Shown here one piece after another: positions 23,920 through 36,448 of a DNA stretch of 64,000 bases; within the stretch, counting starts at the first letter, position 1; each line of letters begins with the position of its first letter. The position numbers and the translations under genes are program-made. The stretch lies in the NCBI GenBank assembly GCA_958009085.1, contig OY253677.1, positions 372,001 through 436,000 of the forward strand, given 5' to 3'. The notes beneath the pieces are model-generated. The model did not search any database and had not been told where the DNA came from. It was given only the letters and a program-made list of their open reading frames with translations. This DNA comes from Protoeuglena noctilucae (Eukaryota).

Positions 23920-25989
23920 ATGCAGGCGGTTCTCCGTGCCCAGGCCCCCGTGGCCGCGGCCCCCCTCAACAGGCGAGTCGTCACGCCGCGTCCGGGCCCC
24001 GCCAGCCCGCGTCCGATCGTGCGCTCGCCTATGTGTGCGATATATCCCGCTGGACGCGTCCTACGTCCCCGGGGACCCCTGGGCGCGCCGGGACCCGGGC
24101 ACACCGACGCGCATGGGGAGGCGCCGCCCCGGGGGCCCCACGTCGCGCGCAGGCCCGCTAGCGCTGTCAAGGTTTCCAGATCGTGAAAACAGGGCCATCC
24201 GTCTCCCCGCGCGCTCCCCCGGCGCGGCCGGGAGGGCGCTCGTTCCGATCAGGTCGAAACCGGCCTCCTCCCCGCCCGCAGGGGCTCCCGCCTCGTGGCG
24301 CTCGCCTTCCGTGCCGAGTACATCTGGTGAGCGTCGGAGGATGGCGCGCGGGTCCCGGGGACCGCTGCCTGGTCGCGCAGAGCCCTGCCCAGGGCCGGGA
24401 CCTGCCCCCGCGCGATCCCCGACGGATCCCGCCCCCCGCAGGTACGATGGCTTCGAGGGCCACCCCAAGAAGGGCCTGATGTTCAACGAGATGCGCTCGA
24501 AGACCAAGTGAGCCGCCGGATAGTCGCGCTCCGATCCCGATAGGCGCCGCGAGCGATGGGGATGTGCATTTCTTGCACGACGCGACCCGGGGAGACGGTG
24601 TCGGGGCGCGCGCGCTGGGCCCTCCGCCGCGGGGCCGGAGGCGTGACTTGAGGCTCCCTCCGGCCCCTGCGCCACGGCCCGTGCGCTGTTCCTGGAACGC
24701 GCCGTTCGTCGCACTCCGTTTCTCACCCCACACCCGTCTCGTGCGCCGCTGCACGTTCTGCGAGGCCGGCGCGCGGCGGGGAGCCCGTCGCTGGCGTGCC
24801 CCTGCACCCGCGCCCGACGGCGCGGCCTCCCTCCCCCGCGCAGGGTCATCCAGAAGGACAACGCCTCGATGAACCCCTCCGACTACCCCGAGTGGTCCTA
24901 CGACGGCTCGTCGACGGACCAGGCCCCCGGCAACGACTCGGACCTTGTGCTCAAGCCCCAGTTCGTGTGCGCGGACCCCATCCGCGGCGGCAACAACGTC
25001 CTCGTCATGTGCGACGTCTACAAGAGCGACGGCAAGACCCCCGTTGACTCCAACCACCGCGCCAAGCTGGCGGCCGTCGTGAACGACAAGGTCAAGTCGC
25101 TGGACCCCTGGTACGGGTTCGAGCAGGAGTACACCATGATGGCCAGCAACGGCCGCGTGTACGGCTGGCCCCAGGGCAACGCCTTCCCGGCGCCCCAGGG
25201 CCCCTTCTACTGCGGCGTGGGCAACGAGGCCGTGTACGGCCGCCCCCTGGCCGAGGCCCACATGGACGCCTGCATCAAGGCCGGCCTGTGCATCTCGGGC
25301 ATCAACGCCGAGGTCATGCCTGGCCAGTGGGAGTACCAGATCGGCCCCGTCGGACCCCTCGAGCTGGGCGACCAGGTCATGGTGTCCCGGTGGCTGCTCC
25401 ACCGCCTGGGCGAGGACTTCGGCATCGTCGTCACCCTCGACCCCAAGCCCTCGACTGGCGACTGGAACGGCACGGGCGGCCACACCAACTTCTCCACCTC
25501 GGACATGCGCAAGGACGGCGGCATCAAGGTGAGGGGGGGAGAGGGATGTGCAGGATCGGGTGAAGGGCGGGAATGCGTGTGGGATGGCCCCTCACGGGAG
25601 GTAGGTAGCGTGGGTGACACACACAGCAGGAGCTTATACAGAGCGGGGCCCACTTATGGAGAGCAGGAGAGCCCCCCGTGATAGCTGACGGTCCCTGCCG
25701 CGCCGCGCCCTCGCAGGCCATCGAGGCGGCCGTGGAGAAGCTGAGCAAGCGCCACGCCGAGCACATCGCCGCCTACGGCATGGGGAACGAGCGCCGCCTG
25801 ACGGGCCGCCACGAGACGTGCGACATCAACACCTTCCGCTCGGGCGTGGCGGACCGCGGCTCCTCCATCCGCATCCCCATCGGCGTCTCCCTCGCCGGCA
25901 AGGGCTACCTCGAGGACCGCCGCCCCTCCGCCAACTGCAACCCTTGCATCGTCGCCCGCATGCTCCTCGAGACGGTCGTGCTCAACTAA
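23920..25989 (+). CDS. GLN2: Plastid glutamine synthetase type II (Chlamydomonas GLN2-like), 6 exons including a 30-nt exon at 24153-24182
   Basis: Transit peptide [28 protein letters not shown], then [81 protein letters not shown] and [11 protein letters not shown]. Confidence 0.95.
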
Positions 25990-26427
25990 GGGGCGCACCG
26001 CTTGGGGTGGGGCTCCGAGGGGTGCCGGGCGCAGTGCCCGCGTGTGCCGCTCGGGCCCGCGACGGCCTGGCTCTGGCGGTGCGTCTGTTAGCGCCGTTAT
26101 TGACCCGGGTCGGCATGGATGGTCCACCGGCGCAGCTGGGCTGTGCTGAGTGAGGGCGGCGTGCGGGCAAGTGCACGCCACAAGGTCGGTTGGCGAGGTG
26201 TGGCCGTGTGCCTTTTGATTCGCGATAGCGCAGCCGGTTAGGGCAGCAGCGACTCTTGAAGGCGACCGGCGTGATGGGGATCACCAGACACTGCGGCCAC
26301 AACGCGCCACCAGTCCAATCGCGCTTCAACGGCCGCTTGCTTTTTAACAATGGTCGCGAACTAGGCGTGCGCGCGGTGGTATGATTACGACTGCCCCACC
26401 CTCTAGTCTCCAGTCTCCTCCCAGCCC

Positions 26428-28751
26428 TCATGCGTCCTTGTCCTTGTCCTTCCCCCCTGCCGCCAGGCCCCCAGATCCCTCAGTGCTGCCAGGCAGCGAC
26501 GGGCAGAGGAAGTCGAACAGGGGGCGGGGCAGGCACTGCTCCGCGAACCCCGGGAGCGGCAGAGAATCGTCAGGGAGCGCGAGGCTGGGGGCGTCAAACG
26601 CGGGGGAGGGCAGCTCCACCTGCGATGGCACGGGTGATGGGACATCGATGGTGGGCAAAGTCGGGGTGGTGACGAGACTTGTAGGGCGACTCGTGTACAG
26701 AGGTGGCAACAGCGATGGTAAGGGGGACAGCTGCGGTGGGGTGTGCCGTGTTAGCCACCACCATCAAAAGCGCTCACCTGGGCGATGAGGGGACGCTTGG
26801 GGTCGGTCCCTCGCAACGAGGGGGTCCCGACCAGCTTGGCGACGTGTGAGAGGAGGTACTCGGCGAGAGTGTGGGCCACGCGGAGGCTCGTCAGGTGCTG
26901 GCGGGTGCTAGCCAGGACGGCATCAGCGGACTGGGGGTGGGGGCGGACATGTATGGGGTCTGCAACGGACATTTGCAAGAGAACGCGCCAGAAATGCGCC
27001 TGACTCGCTTCTTAGTAAGACTCCCGCGCGATTCACCTGCCCGCTGCCATCGGCGAGCCCACGCCCGCTAGCCGCCTGGGCCACCGTGCGGCACGCTGCG
27101 GCGAGGCACCGCTCCGCGAACTGCCTGGCGACGGCAGCGGGGGCCGGTGCGGGCCCGGACCCGAGAGAGCACCGCACGCCGCCGCTGCGAGGAGAGTCGA
27201 TGCATGGTGAGAACGAGCGAGTGGACCTGAGCCTGCAACAGGCGGACCAGCGCCTTGTGTCTCACCTCAGCCTGCGGAAGACGTGCCCGGCATGGGTGTG
27301 TCCATCCGCCCTGCAAGAAAGACATGGAATGGGTATGCCCATGCTCAAATAAACCGACCGGTGCAAGCCTGGTCAAAAACCGTTGCATCTGCGGCCCCTC
27401 CCCGAGCACAGCTCGCAGCTCACGAGGCGCGTGTGCATGTGCGGTCGGCCTTCGAGTCAGACCACGTCTGCACCAGTCCCAGCAGGGAAGAGGACCACGC
27501 GAGCCAGAAGCACGATCCCCGGACGTCCTCGGAGGTCTCGCACACGCTCACGTCCCTGGGGACGCAGACTAGAGGGGAATTTGAATCTCAAATCTGCCGA
27601 GGGCAGGGTCAGGTCTAGAATCACACGGACAGCATAAACCAGCGTGGCATGGCCTGCCATGTCCAACTCGCCACCCCTCTGCCTGCCCTGCATGGCTCGC
27701 CTGGTCAGTGCGGCCAGGACGTCCGCCAGCCAGGCGGCCTCCGCGCACCCCTCCGCCGCCAGGGCCGTCAGGGTCCGCGCCAACGCCACAGCGGACGCGG
27801 GGGTGCCTCGCACCCACAGAACGCCACCCTTACCGCCCAGCTCCCCCGCCCGCTCCTGGCAGGCAAGCGCAGCCAGGTGCCGCCCGCAGCTGCGCACGGC
27901 CTCCAGGGGCCCCTCTCGCACGAGCAGCGCGCGCAGTGCGCTGTCGCCGCTCTGGGGGAGGGGGATGCCGCGCCTGCGGGCCTAGAGACGGCATGCGAGT
28001 GATGGCAGGGCATGCGGGGGATGAAGCGGGGAGCATAGAAAACTGTAGCATCTCTCACCTCTCAAGCTCTCTCTCCAGCACCTGCACCCTCCGCGCACTC
28101 TCCGCCGCCGCCACCCGCAGCTGCGCCGCCTCCCTCTCCGCCTGCGGCAGCGAGGCGTGCAGGTCCCCCGCCGCGGACTGCCGCTGCGGGCCAGGCGCAT
28201 CCGATATCACGCGACCGCGGACGACTTCCTGCGCGAGTAAGGTAAGAGTGGGGCATCGACGCAGGCTGCCCCAGTAGCTTTCGTTCGTGCTGCGCGACGA
28301 AGGACGCGCGGGCACCTCGCTGCGAGAGCCCAGGAGGGACGCGGTTTCGCTGTCCTCGTCCGCGACAGCTGTAGACGTCCCATTCAAGGAGACCCGCTGG
28401 CCCACAATCTGCAGAAAGCCGGCGAAGTGTGCGGTTGGTCCAACGACGGAGTATCTCGGCGCGGTCGCGAGCCCATAGGTTGATACTATCACGACGACAA
28501 GCGCTCGCCTTATTGGACGGCCTCCAGGCGGACTTGGCGGGCGCCTTCGGCTGCACGAGCTGGTCCAGTTGGTTGGTCAGCCAGTCGTCGCTTCCCGCGT
28601 CGCTTCCCGATGATACCATCCCGGGAGCTCCATAGTGTGCTACCCCGTCACTGGAGCGCCCGACGGCGAGGCCCGGCATCGCGCGTTTGGCCGATGCGTT
28701 CCCTTTTCGCGCTTTTTCTGCTGTTGCTCTCGCAACTGGCAGACGGGGCAT
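26428..28751 (-). CDS. Multi-exon hypothetical protein with a short coiled coil and helical region
   Basis: Successive coding-like exons (SDDWLTNQLDQLVQ; AEREAAQLRVAAAESARRVQVLERELER; LTSLRVAHTLAEYLLSHVAKL) end in a Pro-rich last exon. No family recognised. Confidence 0.5.
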
Positions 28752-29036
28752 GCACTGATCACGCCCAGGGCAAGACAGGACGGGAAATAAGACATGTAAG
28801 TGGCAACTGGTCTTTTATTCAGAACAGCTGGCCCACTGGCACTGTGCCAGACTCCCATGGACATATCCGTCACCAGCGCGCAAAATGGCAGCAACGTGAC
28901 GGCTGCGTGCGAACACAAAGAGCGTGCTGCTATGCCAACCGCGCACACTGGGTGCAACGACTGAACCTGAGGCTAAAAGAAAGCTGGAATGTGCTTGCAT
29001 GCGCAGAGCCGAACTCCCTGCGCCAGTTTCTCTCGC

Positions 29037-30132
29037 TCAATAGTAGCCCTCGTCGTTGCCGTCGTCATCGCCGTCATCATACCCCTCGTCATCGTCGTAG
29101 TGCTCCCCTTGCAAATACTCGTCATCCTCATCGTACTCCTGCAGGTGTCGGTGGAGGCAGAGTGCACGGTAAGAGGTGCACGAGCAGAGCGATGCAACTG
29201 GGACGCTTGCCCTGACGCAGCATGAGGGACGCAGCCAGAGAGCGCGGCGCAGAGGCGACCACCACTGCAGCACAGGCCGTGGCGCTCCCGCCCTCCTCTC
29301 GCCTCTTCCTCCTGATCCTCCTCGCGCTCCTCCTCCTCGTCGTTGCGCTGGCGCGCCTTCTCATCCCCCCCGCCTTCCTCGGCCCCCTCCGCCGCCACTG
29401 CACGCTCCGGCTCGTCCTCCGGGTCGTCCTTCACGGCCGCGGCGTTGATGATGTGGTCCAGATCGCGCAGGCCGCTCGTCGCTTTCGATTTCTCGACGAC
29501 CTTGGCGGCCGCTCGGTCCCCCGGGCCCCGCTTGCCCAAGAGGTCGGCGGGGAGGTAGTACGGGTCGCCCGGCAAGACCGCAATCAGCGCCGCGCGCTTC
29601 TCCCGGTCGAACTCCTCCGCGGAGCCTAGATGAAACGCCGACTTGCGGAATGTCTCGGCCAGCGAGCGCTTCCTGCGCATGAGAGACGGCACGGGACATT
29701 GGCACAGCTTGTAACGCAACCCGCAGGCCTTCCCCAACAAGCCAGAGATGCGCAGGGACGCGCATGCATACGCGAGCGATGTGACAGTGCTCAGGGCTCA
29801 TCGCCAAACCACGCGCCTGATGAGGAGGCCTTTCTCACGCTGCCCGATCGTCGGCGGCTGCGGGACTTCGACTTTCGGGAAAAGCGGGGGAGGACCCTGG
29901 CCCAGCTGGACGTTCTGACCCTCATCGTCCTTCAGCTGGTCTGGAAAGAGGCGAGCAGATGCAGCGGAGTCGGTTGCGCCCGGCCAACTTCCACAACAGT
30001 GTTTGCTGGCCCAGGTGTGACGATGCAAGGGCGATGGCGTGCGCGAGCTCATCCTTCGTACATCAGGTTCTCACCCAAACTCGAGACGGGTCCCCTGCCG
30101 CGGCCTCTGCCGCGCCCACGCCCACGAAACAT
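29037..30132 (-). CDS. RPC31: RNA polymerase III subunit Rpc31/RPC7 (POLR3G-like), 4 exons
   Basis: N-terminal RGRGRG repeat, GPPPLFP motif, YLPADL, and an acidic C-terminus (EYLQGEHYDDDEGYDDGDDDGNDEGYY). Two introns are GC-AG. Confidence 0.85.
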
Positions 30133-30773
30133 CGCTCCCTACCCCTCAGGCCCCAGGGCCCCTGCCCACGCGCCGATGAACGCAATTGCTAGTCTCCGAT
30201 GGCACAGGATACACACAGGCTGACCGAACCGGTGGCCAGGCGGCAGCCGGGCTCGCGGGCCGGCCGCACCGGCTCGATGCAACAAAGATGCGCAATCGCC
30301 GTTGTCTCTCAGCGCAGAGGCCAGCTAAGGTGCAACTGTTGTTGCTGGGGGAGGACGTGCCACACAGCTGAGCACATGAGTGTGGAATAAGGGCAAGGTG
30401 CCACTGGCAAGGAGCCACGAGGGGTCTGACCGTGCGTGACGTCCCTCGCAACCCCCACATTTGCCGTCCTCGTGACATGATTGTTCGTGCCCCGCAGCTC
30501 CTTGTTCCTTGCGCTGGCCCCCAGGCTCGCGCTGCGTGTCCTGGGGTTTCAAAAGCGCAGTCCTTGCGCCGAAGCGCCGAAGCCCAAGGTTCAGCCCAAG
30601 GCTTCGAAATTGTATTCCTCGACCCCTTCCCTACGCCTGGCTGTCATTCTGACGACGCCCTCGCCCTTCGCTCGGACTCGCGAGGACCGTCGTCACCCCA
30701 CTGCGTTCGCCCCGTCGCCCGGCGCGGGGGCGGTCGGCGCGCCAACCGCGGCCGCTGATGCTTTTGTGGCGCC

Positions 30774-33700
30774 ATGGAGGATAGCGAGAATGTCGACAGC
30801 CCCCACGTGCGGCGTCCCGACGACCCCGACGACGACCGTTTCGCCAGGTGAGCGTCGCACGGCCCGCGGACCCTCTCCGGAGCCGCTCCCGGCGTTATGT
30901 AAGCAAGAGCCATGCCATTTCATCATCCCAGTTCCATTGCGTCTGCTTGAAGTGAGGCCGGCAGTGGCCGCTTGCGTCCACACGTTAAGTGCGACAACAT
31001 CCCATCCCTTCCCCCCAGGTCGATGGCCGCGCCCCTTTCGCCCGCCGAGTTCGACCCCTCCCCCGCACATCACGAGCGCAACCTCTCCGCGGACATCCGG
31101 ACCGCCGAGCCCTCGCTGACACGGGCAAGCGACGCATTGCGAGCCGCGCCCCACCACTGCTCCACATCTCGCATGCTTTCCATCGCCACTGAGCATTCTT
31201 CTGAATTGTCTCTCGCTCCCACCCCGCCGATGCACCCCTCCTGACCGCAGCCCAAGCCGCAGCTGAGTGTCCTACGCCGGGGCCGGGTCCGCCCCGCCCA
31301 GCGCCCAAGCATGGAAGGCGACGCCGCGGCGATTCGCGTCGCCGGCCTTGGCGCCCCGGGGACCTCGAGCCGAGTCCCGGCGAGGGCGTCCGAGAGCGGC
31401 GGCCTGGCAGCGGGGGCGGCGGGAGGGGCCGCAGGGGCGGAGGGGGCGGAGGTGGCTGCAACCGGGGTGGACCCGGACTTGCCGGGGCTGGCGAGGGAGA
31501 CGGAGGTGAGATGAGCGGTGGGGCGATGGAGCGGCTGCCGGTGCGAGCCTGCGACAGACCCTGCCTCTTCACCACCATTAACACCACCTGCTCCCTGCCC
31601 TGCACCACCACTACCACCCCACACGCATCTCCCCGCAGGTCCTGCAGCCCCAGTCTCGCAGGCGCATCAACGTGGGCCTCATCCTGACCGAGCTGGAGCG
31701 CGGCGGCGTGCAGCTGCCCCCGCCCCCGACCATCGTCGCCGGCGATCCCCAGGCGGCGGCCGAAGCCCAGCGAGCGAAGGAGGCGAGTCGCTCACATGTG
31801 ATGGATCATGGATTATGAGCGACGAACGAGCTGGGCTGATTCGTGGCGCAGCCATGGATGAGCGGAGGGCGTGGGTGCTGCTGCCACGCTCGCCAAACTG
31901 CCCCAGCCCACCGCCCCTATCTGTGGTGATGTCGCCACGTGCCCGCAGAGAAAACGACTGTAAGAATAAGACATGAATCTCTCTCTGCGTCCCGCAGCGC
32001 CTCGCGAGCGCCGAGGCCGACCTCCGCCGGGCGCGCGAGGAGGCGGCATTGGCGTCAGAGCACGCCCGCTCGGCCACAGCGCAGGCGGCGGCCGCGGAGG
32101 CGCAGGGGGACGCCCTGGCGAGGCGGGCGGAGTTCTTGGAGGACCTCGTCGCGCGGCTGAACGCGGAGCTGGGCGCGGCCATGGCCGGCGACGTGGCGGC
32201 GGGTGCGGCGGGGGGTGCAAATGCGGGGTTGCATGCGGGGGGGTCCGGTGGGCCCCCCGCGCCGTGGCTATCGGACGGGGAGGTGTTGCCGCCGCTGCTG
32301 GCGGCGTACGACCGGCGCATTGCGGAGCTGGAGGCGGTGGTGGGGGCGGCGGAGGCGGCGGCGGGGGCGGCGGAGAGGGCGGCTCGTGAGGACGGGGCGG
32401 CGCTGGCGAGGGAGGCGGAGACTCTGCGGGGGAGGCTCGCGGGGGAGCTGGACGTGCTGAGGAGGAAGGCGGCGGAGTGGGGGGCGGGGGGCGCGGGGGC
32501 GGGGGCCACGGCGGAGCGGGTGGCGAGGCTGGTGGAGCGGATCGAGCTGCTGAGCAAGGAGGTGAGAGGGTGGGGAGCACACGTCACGTGCAAGGCACGA
32601 CCCTTGCTCTCTCGTAATACGTACAAAACGAGCCCACCTGATGGGTGTCACGTAGATGAACGAGTAACAGCTATTAACAACCACTGTCGCCCCTCCTTTT
32701 GGCTTCTCAGAACGACTTGGTGACGCAGCAGCTGGAGGAGAGCGAGGGGGAGGCGGCGCGGCTGCAGGCGATGCTTCGGCAGGCGATGGCGGAGGGGCGG
32801 GAGGCGGCGAGGGCCGCGGAGGAGAGAGGGGCGGAGGCAGCGAGGGCGCGGAGGAGGGTGGCGGGGCTGCAGAGGGCGCTGGAGGCGGCCACGCAGGCGA
32901 GGGGGCGGGTGGGGGCGTGGTGGGTGGGAGTGCGGCTGCGAGGGTGATGGGGCGGATGGGGGTGTGATAGAGAGGGGGGTGGGTCTGTGGCTGCATCGTT
33001 TCGCTCCCGTCACCTCTCCCCCCCTTTCATCTCACTCTCCCACTCATTCCTCTCCCCCTCATCTCTCTTCCCACTCATCTCTCCTACCCCTCCCACCATC
33101 GCAGGAGCGGGACCGCCTCGCCCACGACCTCCACCACAGCCGCCCAGCTCCCCAGCTCCCCCCTCCCCACGCACCCGCCGCCGTGGGTCCCGAGGGACCC
33201 CTGCCTCCCGCGGGCATGGCCCATGCGGACGGGGCTGGGGTGGAGGGGTGGCGGGAGCGGGCGGGGCGGGCGGAGGCGGAGGCGAAGGCGGTGCGGGTGC
33301 AGCTGCTGAGGGCGGAGGCAGCCAAAGTGCAGGTGAGGGGGTGTGATTGGGTGGTGGTGGAGACAGGTGCAGGGTTGCGGGTGAGGGGATGTCTGTGTGG
33401 TGCGTGGATGCAAGCGGTACAGGTGATTCCCTCACGGCTCTCTCACCTCCACTGCCCACCTGTCTGCCCGCACACCCCTGATGCTGTCGAAGCATCCACC
33501 TCACTTATCTTGACTATCTCTCTCGCTCCCTATCCGCCCCTTCAGATGCTGTCGGACCTGTCTGCGGTGCGTGACCAGGCGCTCGGCCTGGCTGCCGAGA
33601 ACGTGGCGGTGCGGTCTCAGTTCGAGGACATGAGCAGGGCCATGGCGGCGATGCTGGCGAGGATCGAGGAGATGGAGGGAAGGGAGGGGCAGGTGAGGGG

Positions 33701-35674
33701 GGATTGGGTGGGGGCATGTGGGGAAATGGGGAAGCAGGGAGGGGCAGGGTGGGGAGGGAGTCAACGTCTCTGCAAGGGGTTCACAAGAGAAAAGGGGGGA
33801 CCGGAGATCAGAGGGACGCACGTCACATCACAGCACGCCCCTCCCACGCAGGTGGCGGTTCGCGAGGCGAATGCGGCGGCGGCGGCGGACGCGGCGGTGG
33901 CGGAGAGGGACGCGGCAGTGAAGAGGGCGCAGGTCATGGCCGGGGAGCTGCAGAGGGCGCACGCGGCGGTGGTGGACGCCAGGGCAGAGGGGCGGGCAGA
34001 GGTGCATGGGCCATGGGCAGTGAGATGACCGTCACACTCACCCTCACTGCCACCCCCACCCTCACTGCCACCCCCACCCTCACTGCCACCCTCACCCTCA
34101 CTGCCACCCCCACCCTCACTGCCACCCTCACCCACACTGCCACCCTCACCCTCACTCCCAGGCCCTGAAAGAGCTGCGCCGGGAGGTGGAGGCGGCCAAG
34201 GCAGCGAAGGAGGAGGCACTGCGAGCGGCAGCATCGTCCGCAGCCGAGCGTCACCGCCTGGCGGGGCGGGTGCAGCTGCTGGAGGCGGAGTGCGGGGCTG
34301 CGGGGGAGGAGCTGCGAGCGCTGCGGGAGCGGCTGGCGGGGGCGACAGAGGCGGAGGTGGCGGCGTTAGAGGCGGCGCTTGCAGAGGCAGACGCAGACAG
34401 GGTGTCGCTGCGCGCGAGGGTGGAGGTGGCGGAGGGGGAGCGGGAGCGGGAGCGGCGGGTGGCGGCGGCGCAGCTGCGGGCGGCGGAGAGGCGGGCGGAG
34501 GAGGCGGAGGGGCGGGCGGCCAGGGCGGGGGAGAGGGCTGAGGCGGCGGAGAGGGAGGGGGCGGGTGAGGGGGGAGGGGAGGGGTGGCTGGGTGGGGGGG
34601 GCGTAGTGGGGGTGTGAGGAGTGAGGAGGGTTGCGAGGCCCTCACCCGCAGCCGCTGCCCCTCACCTCACCCCTCTCCTCGTCACTACTCTCCTTCTTTA
34701 TCTGTATCCATCACCCCTCTCCCCTCCTTCGCAGAGTCTGCCAAGTCCCTGGGTCTCCTGCAGGAGGAGGTGGATGCGTTGAGGGAGGACCTGAGGAGGG
34801 CGCAGGTGGAGCTGAGGGAGACGGAGGCGCGGATGCAGGCAAGGGGGGGGGAGATGAGAGGGGGGTTAGTAAGAGAGGGTGGGGGGGTGAGGTGTGGGAG
34901 GGAGACGGAGGCGCGGATGCAGGCGAGGGGTGGGGAGGTAGCAAAGGGAATGAAATGATGGGAGAGGGGGTGTGGTTGACGGTGAGGGGGGTGGGGAGAT
35001 GGGGAGAGCAGGGGAGGGCGGGCGACCGTGAGGCCTTGTGTCAGGTACATTCCCTCACCAACCCTCTACCTCTATCTCACCAGCTCTTTTTCATCCCCAC
35101 CTACCCTCCCTCGCCCCCAGGCTCAGCTGGACGCGGCACGGATGGAGGCCGAGTCTCACCGCGCAGCCAAGACGGCAATGGTGGAGGTGAGATGAGAGAT
35201 GGGGGAGGTTGGGGACGAGAGGGGAGGTTGGCAAGGGTGAGGTGTTTCTTTGTCTCTCATCTGTGCTCTAAAGGAGGTTGCCGAAAGGCCACTTATCAAT
35301 CCCTGTCGTTTCTAATAACCCCCCTTCACTGCGCTCAGCCAAGGACGAGGCTGTCAAATGCCATCTACCAATCCCTGTCCTTTCTCTCGNNNNNNNNNNN
35401 NNNNNNNNNNNNNNNNNNNNNNNNNNNNNNNNNNNNNNNNNNNNNNNNNNNNNNNNNNNNNNNNNNNNNNNNNNNNNNNNNNNNNNNNNNNNNNNNNNNN
35501 NNNNNNNNNNNNNNNNNNNNNNNNNNNNNNNNNNNNNNNNNNNNNNNNNNNNNNNNNNNNNNNNNNNNNNNNNNNNNNNNNNNNNNNNNGAGGGCGAGGG
35601 TGACCGCCCTCGCGAGGACGCGCGCGACGACAACCGCCTGCGCTAGGGGGCATTGCAGGGGCCGCGCTGAGTAG
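30774..35674 (+). CDS. Long coiled-coil protein, CEP89/SCLT1-like (centriole distal appendage); 3' part interrupted by an assembly gap
   Basis: Multiple E/A/R-rich coiled-coil exons. PWLSDGEVLPPLLAAYDRRIAELE...IELLSKENDLVTQQLE resembles the recalled CEP89 PWLLD.KYLSPLLLAYED...ENKLLLEQLE segment. The stop position is uncertain. Confidence 0.5.
34035..34158 (+). repeat. Intronic 18-bp minisatellite (ctcactgccacc[cc/ct]cacc)n, about 7 copies
   Basis: Directly visible tandem array ending just before the ccccag acceptor. Confidence 0.9.
35390..35589. other. Assembly gap (200 N)
   Basis: Run of N, preceded by two copies of ta(t/c)caatccctgtc(g/c)tttct about 73 bp apart, suggesting a collapsed tandem repeat. 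Confidence 0.99.
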
Positions 35675-36448
35675 AACCGCAGAACCCGCCAGTGAAGTGT
35701 GTGTTTGTGTGTCCTGGCCGTTCCTGGCTCGCGCGCAATGTCCCGACGGGTTGAGTTTGATGCACTGGGTGCCTGAGATCATCGCCCATCTGCCTGATAC
35801 CTCGTGCCTGGGCCTCGAGGGGCAGAGAAGGCTTGCGTCCCTCCGCCTTCTCCCCGGCCTGCCCTCCCCGACGCGGCGCTGAACGCCGCGCAAAACCGTT
35901 GCGTCCGAAGCGTGGCCAGATGGTCACCGCCAGCGACCTGTGAGTCTTTTGGCTTCTCCCCGAATTTTCCTCCCTCCCTGGGCCGCCGCTGCGCCCGGTA
36001 TGCTCCTCGCGGCCTTTTTGGTTGCGAAATGAAGCCGTGATTGTCTCGGCGCACCCGTCGTTGCTTCGATGGGCGCAAATCGATTTCAATCGGTTTTCGA
36101 TGGGCCTGTGCGGCATACGTCGCCTGTCGCGGTGTGCCTACAGCTTAATTTCGTATCCCGAGCTCGACGGCCGTGCGGCACTCGCTGCCGCGGACGGCCC
36201 GCGTCGCTGGGAGCCGCTGCATCCTTCCTCGAGGAGGGGCGCCCCGCGCCGGGCTCTGGGGCAATGGGCCCCGGCGCGCGGCACATCCTCACGTCGCGTT
36301 CAGGGGCCGCAGTTTCGCTGCCTGAATTCCCCCTGGGCGGCCCGGAAGCGAGCTACCAGCCCCGGAATCCTGTGTCGCGCCTGCCGCTGCTCGCAGATGG
36401 AGCCGCCGATGGAGTCGCTACCATGGCGCCCACGATGACGTCGAAATC

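Noticed and set aside
34035..34158. Tandem array as a CRISPR or coding TLTATP repeat
   Set aside because: It has no unique spacers and lies inside an intron of a eukaryotic gene.
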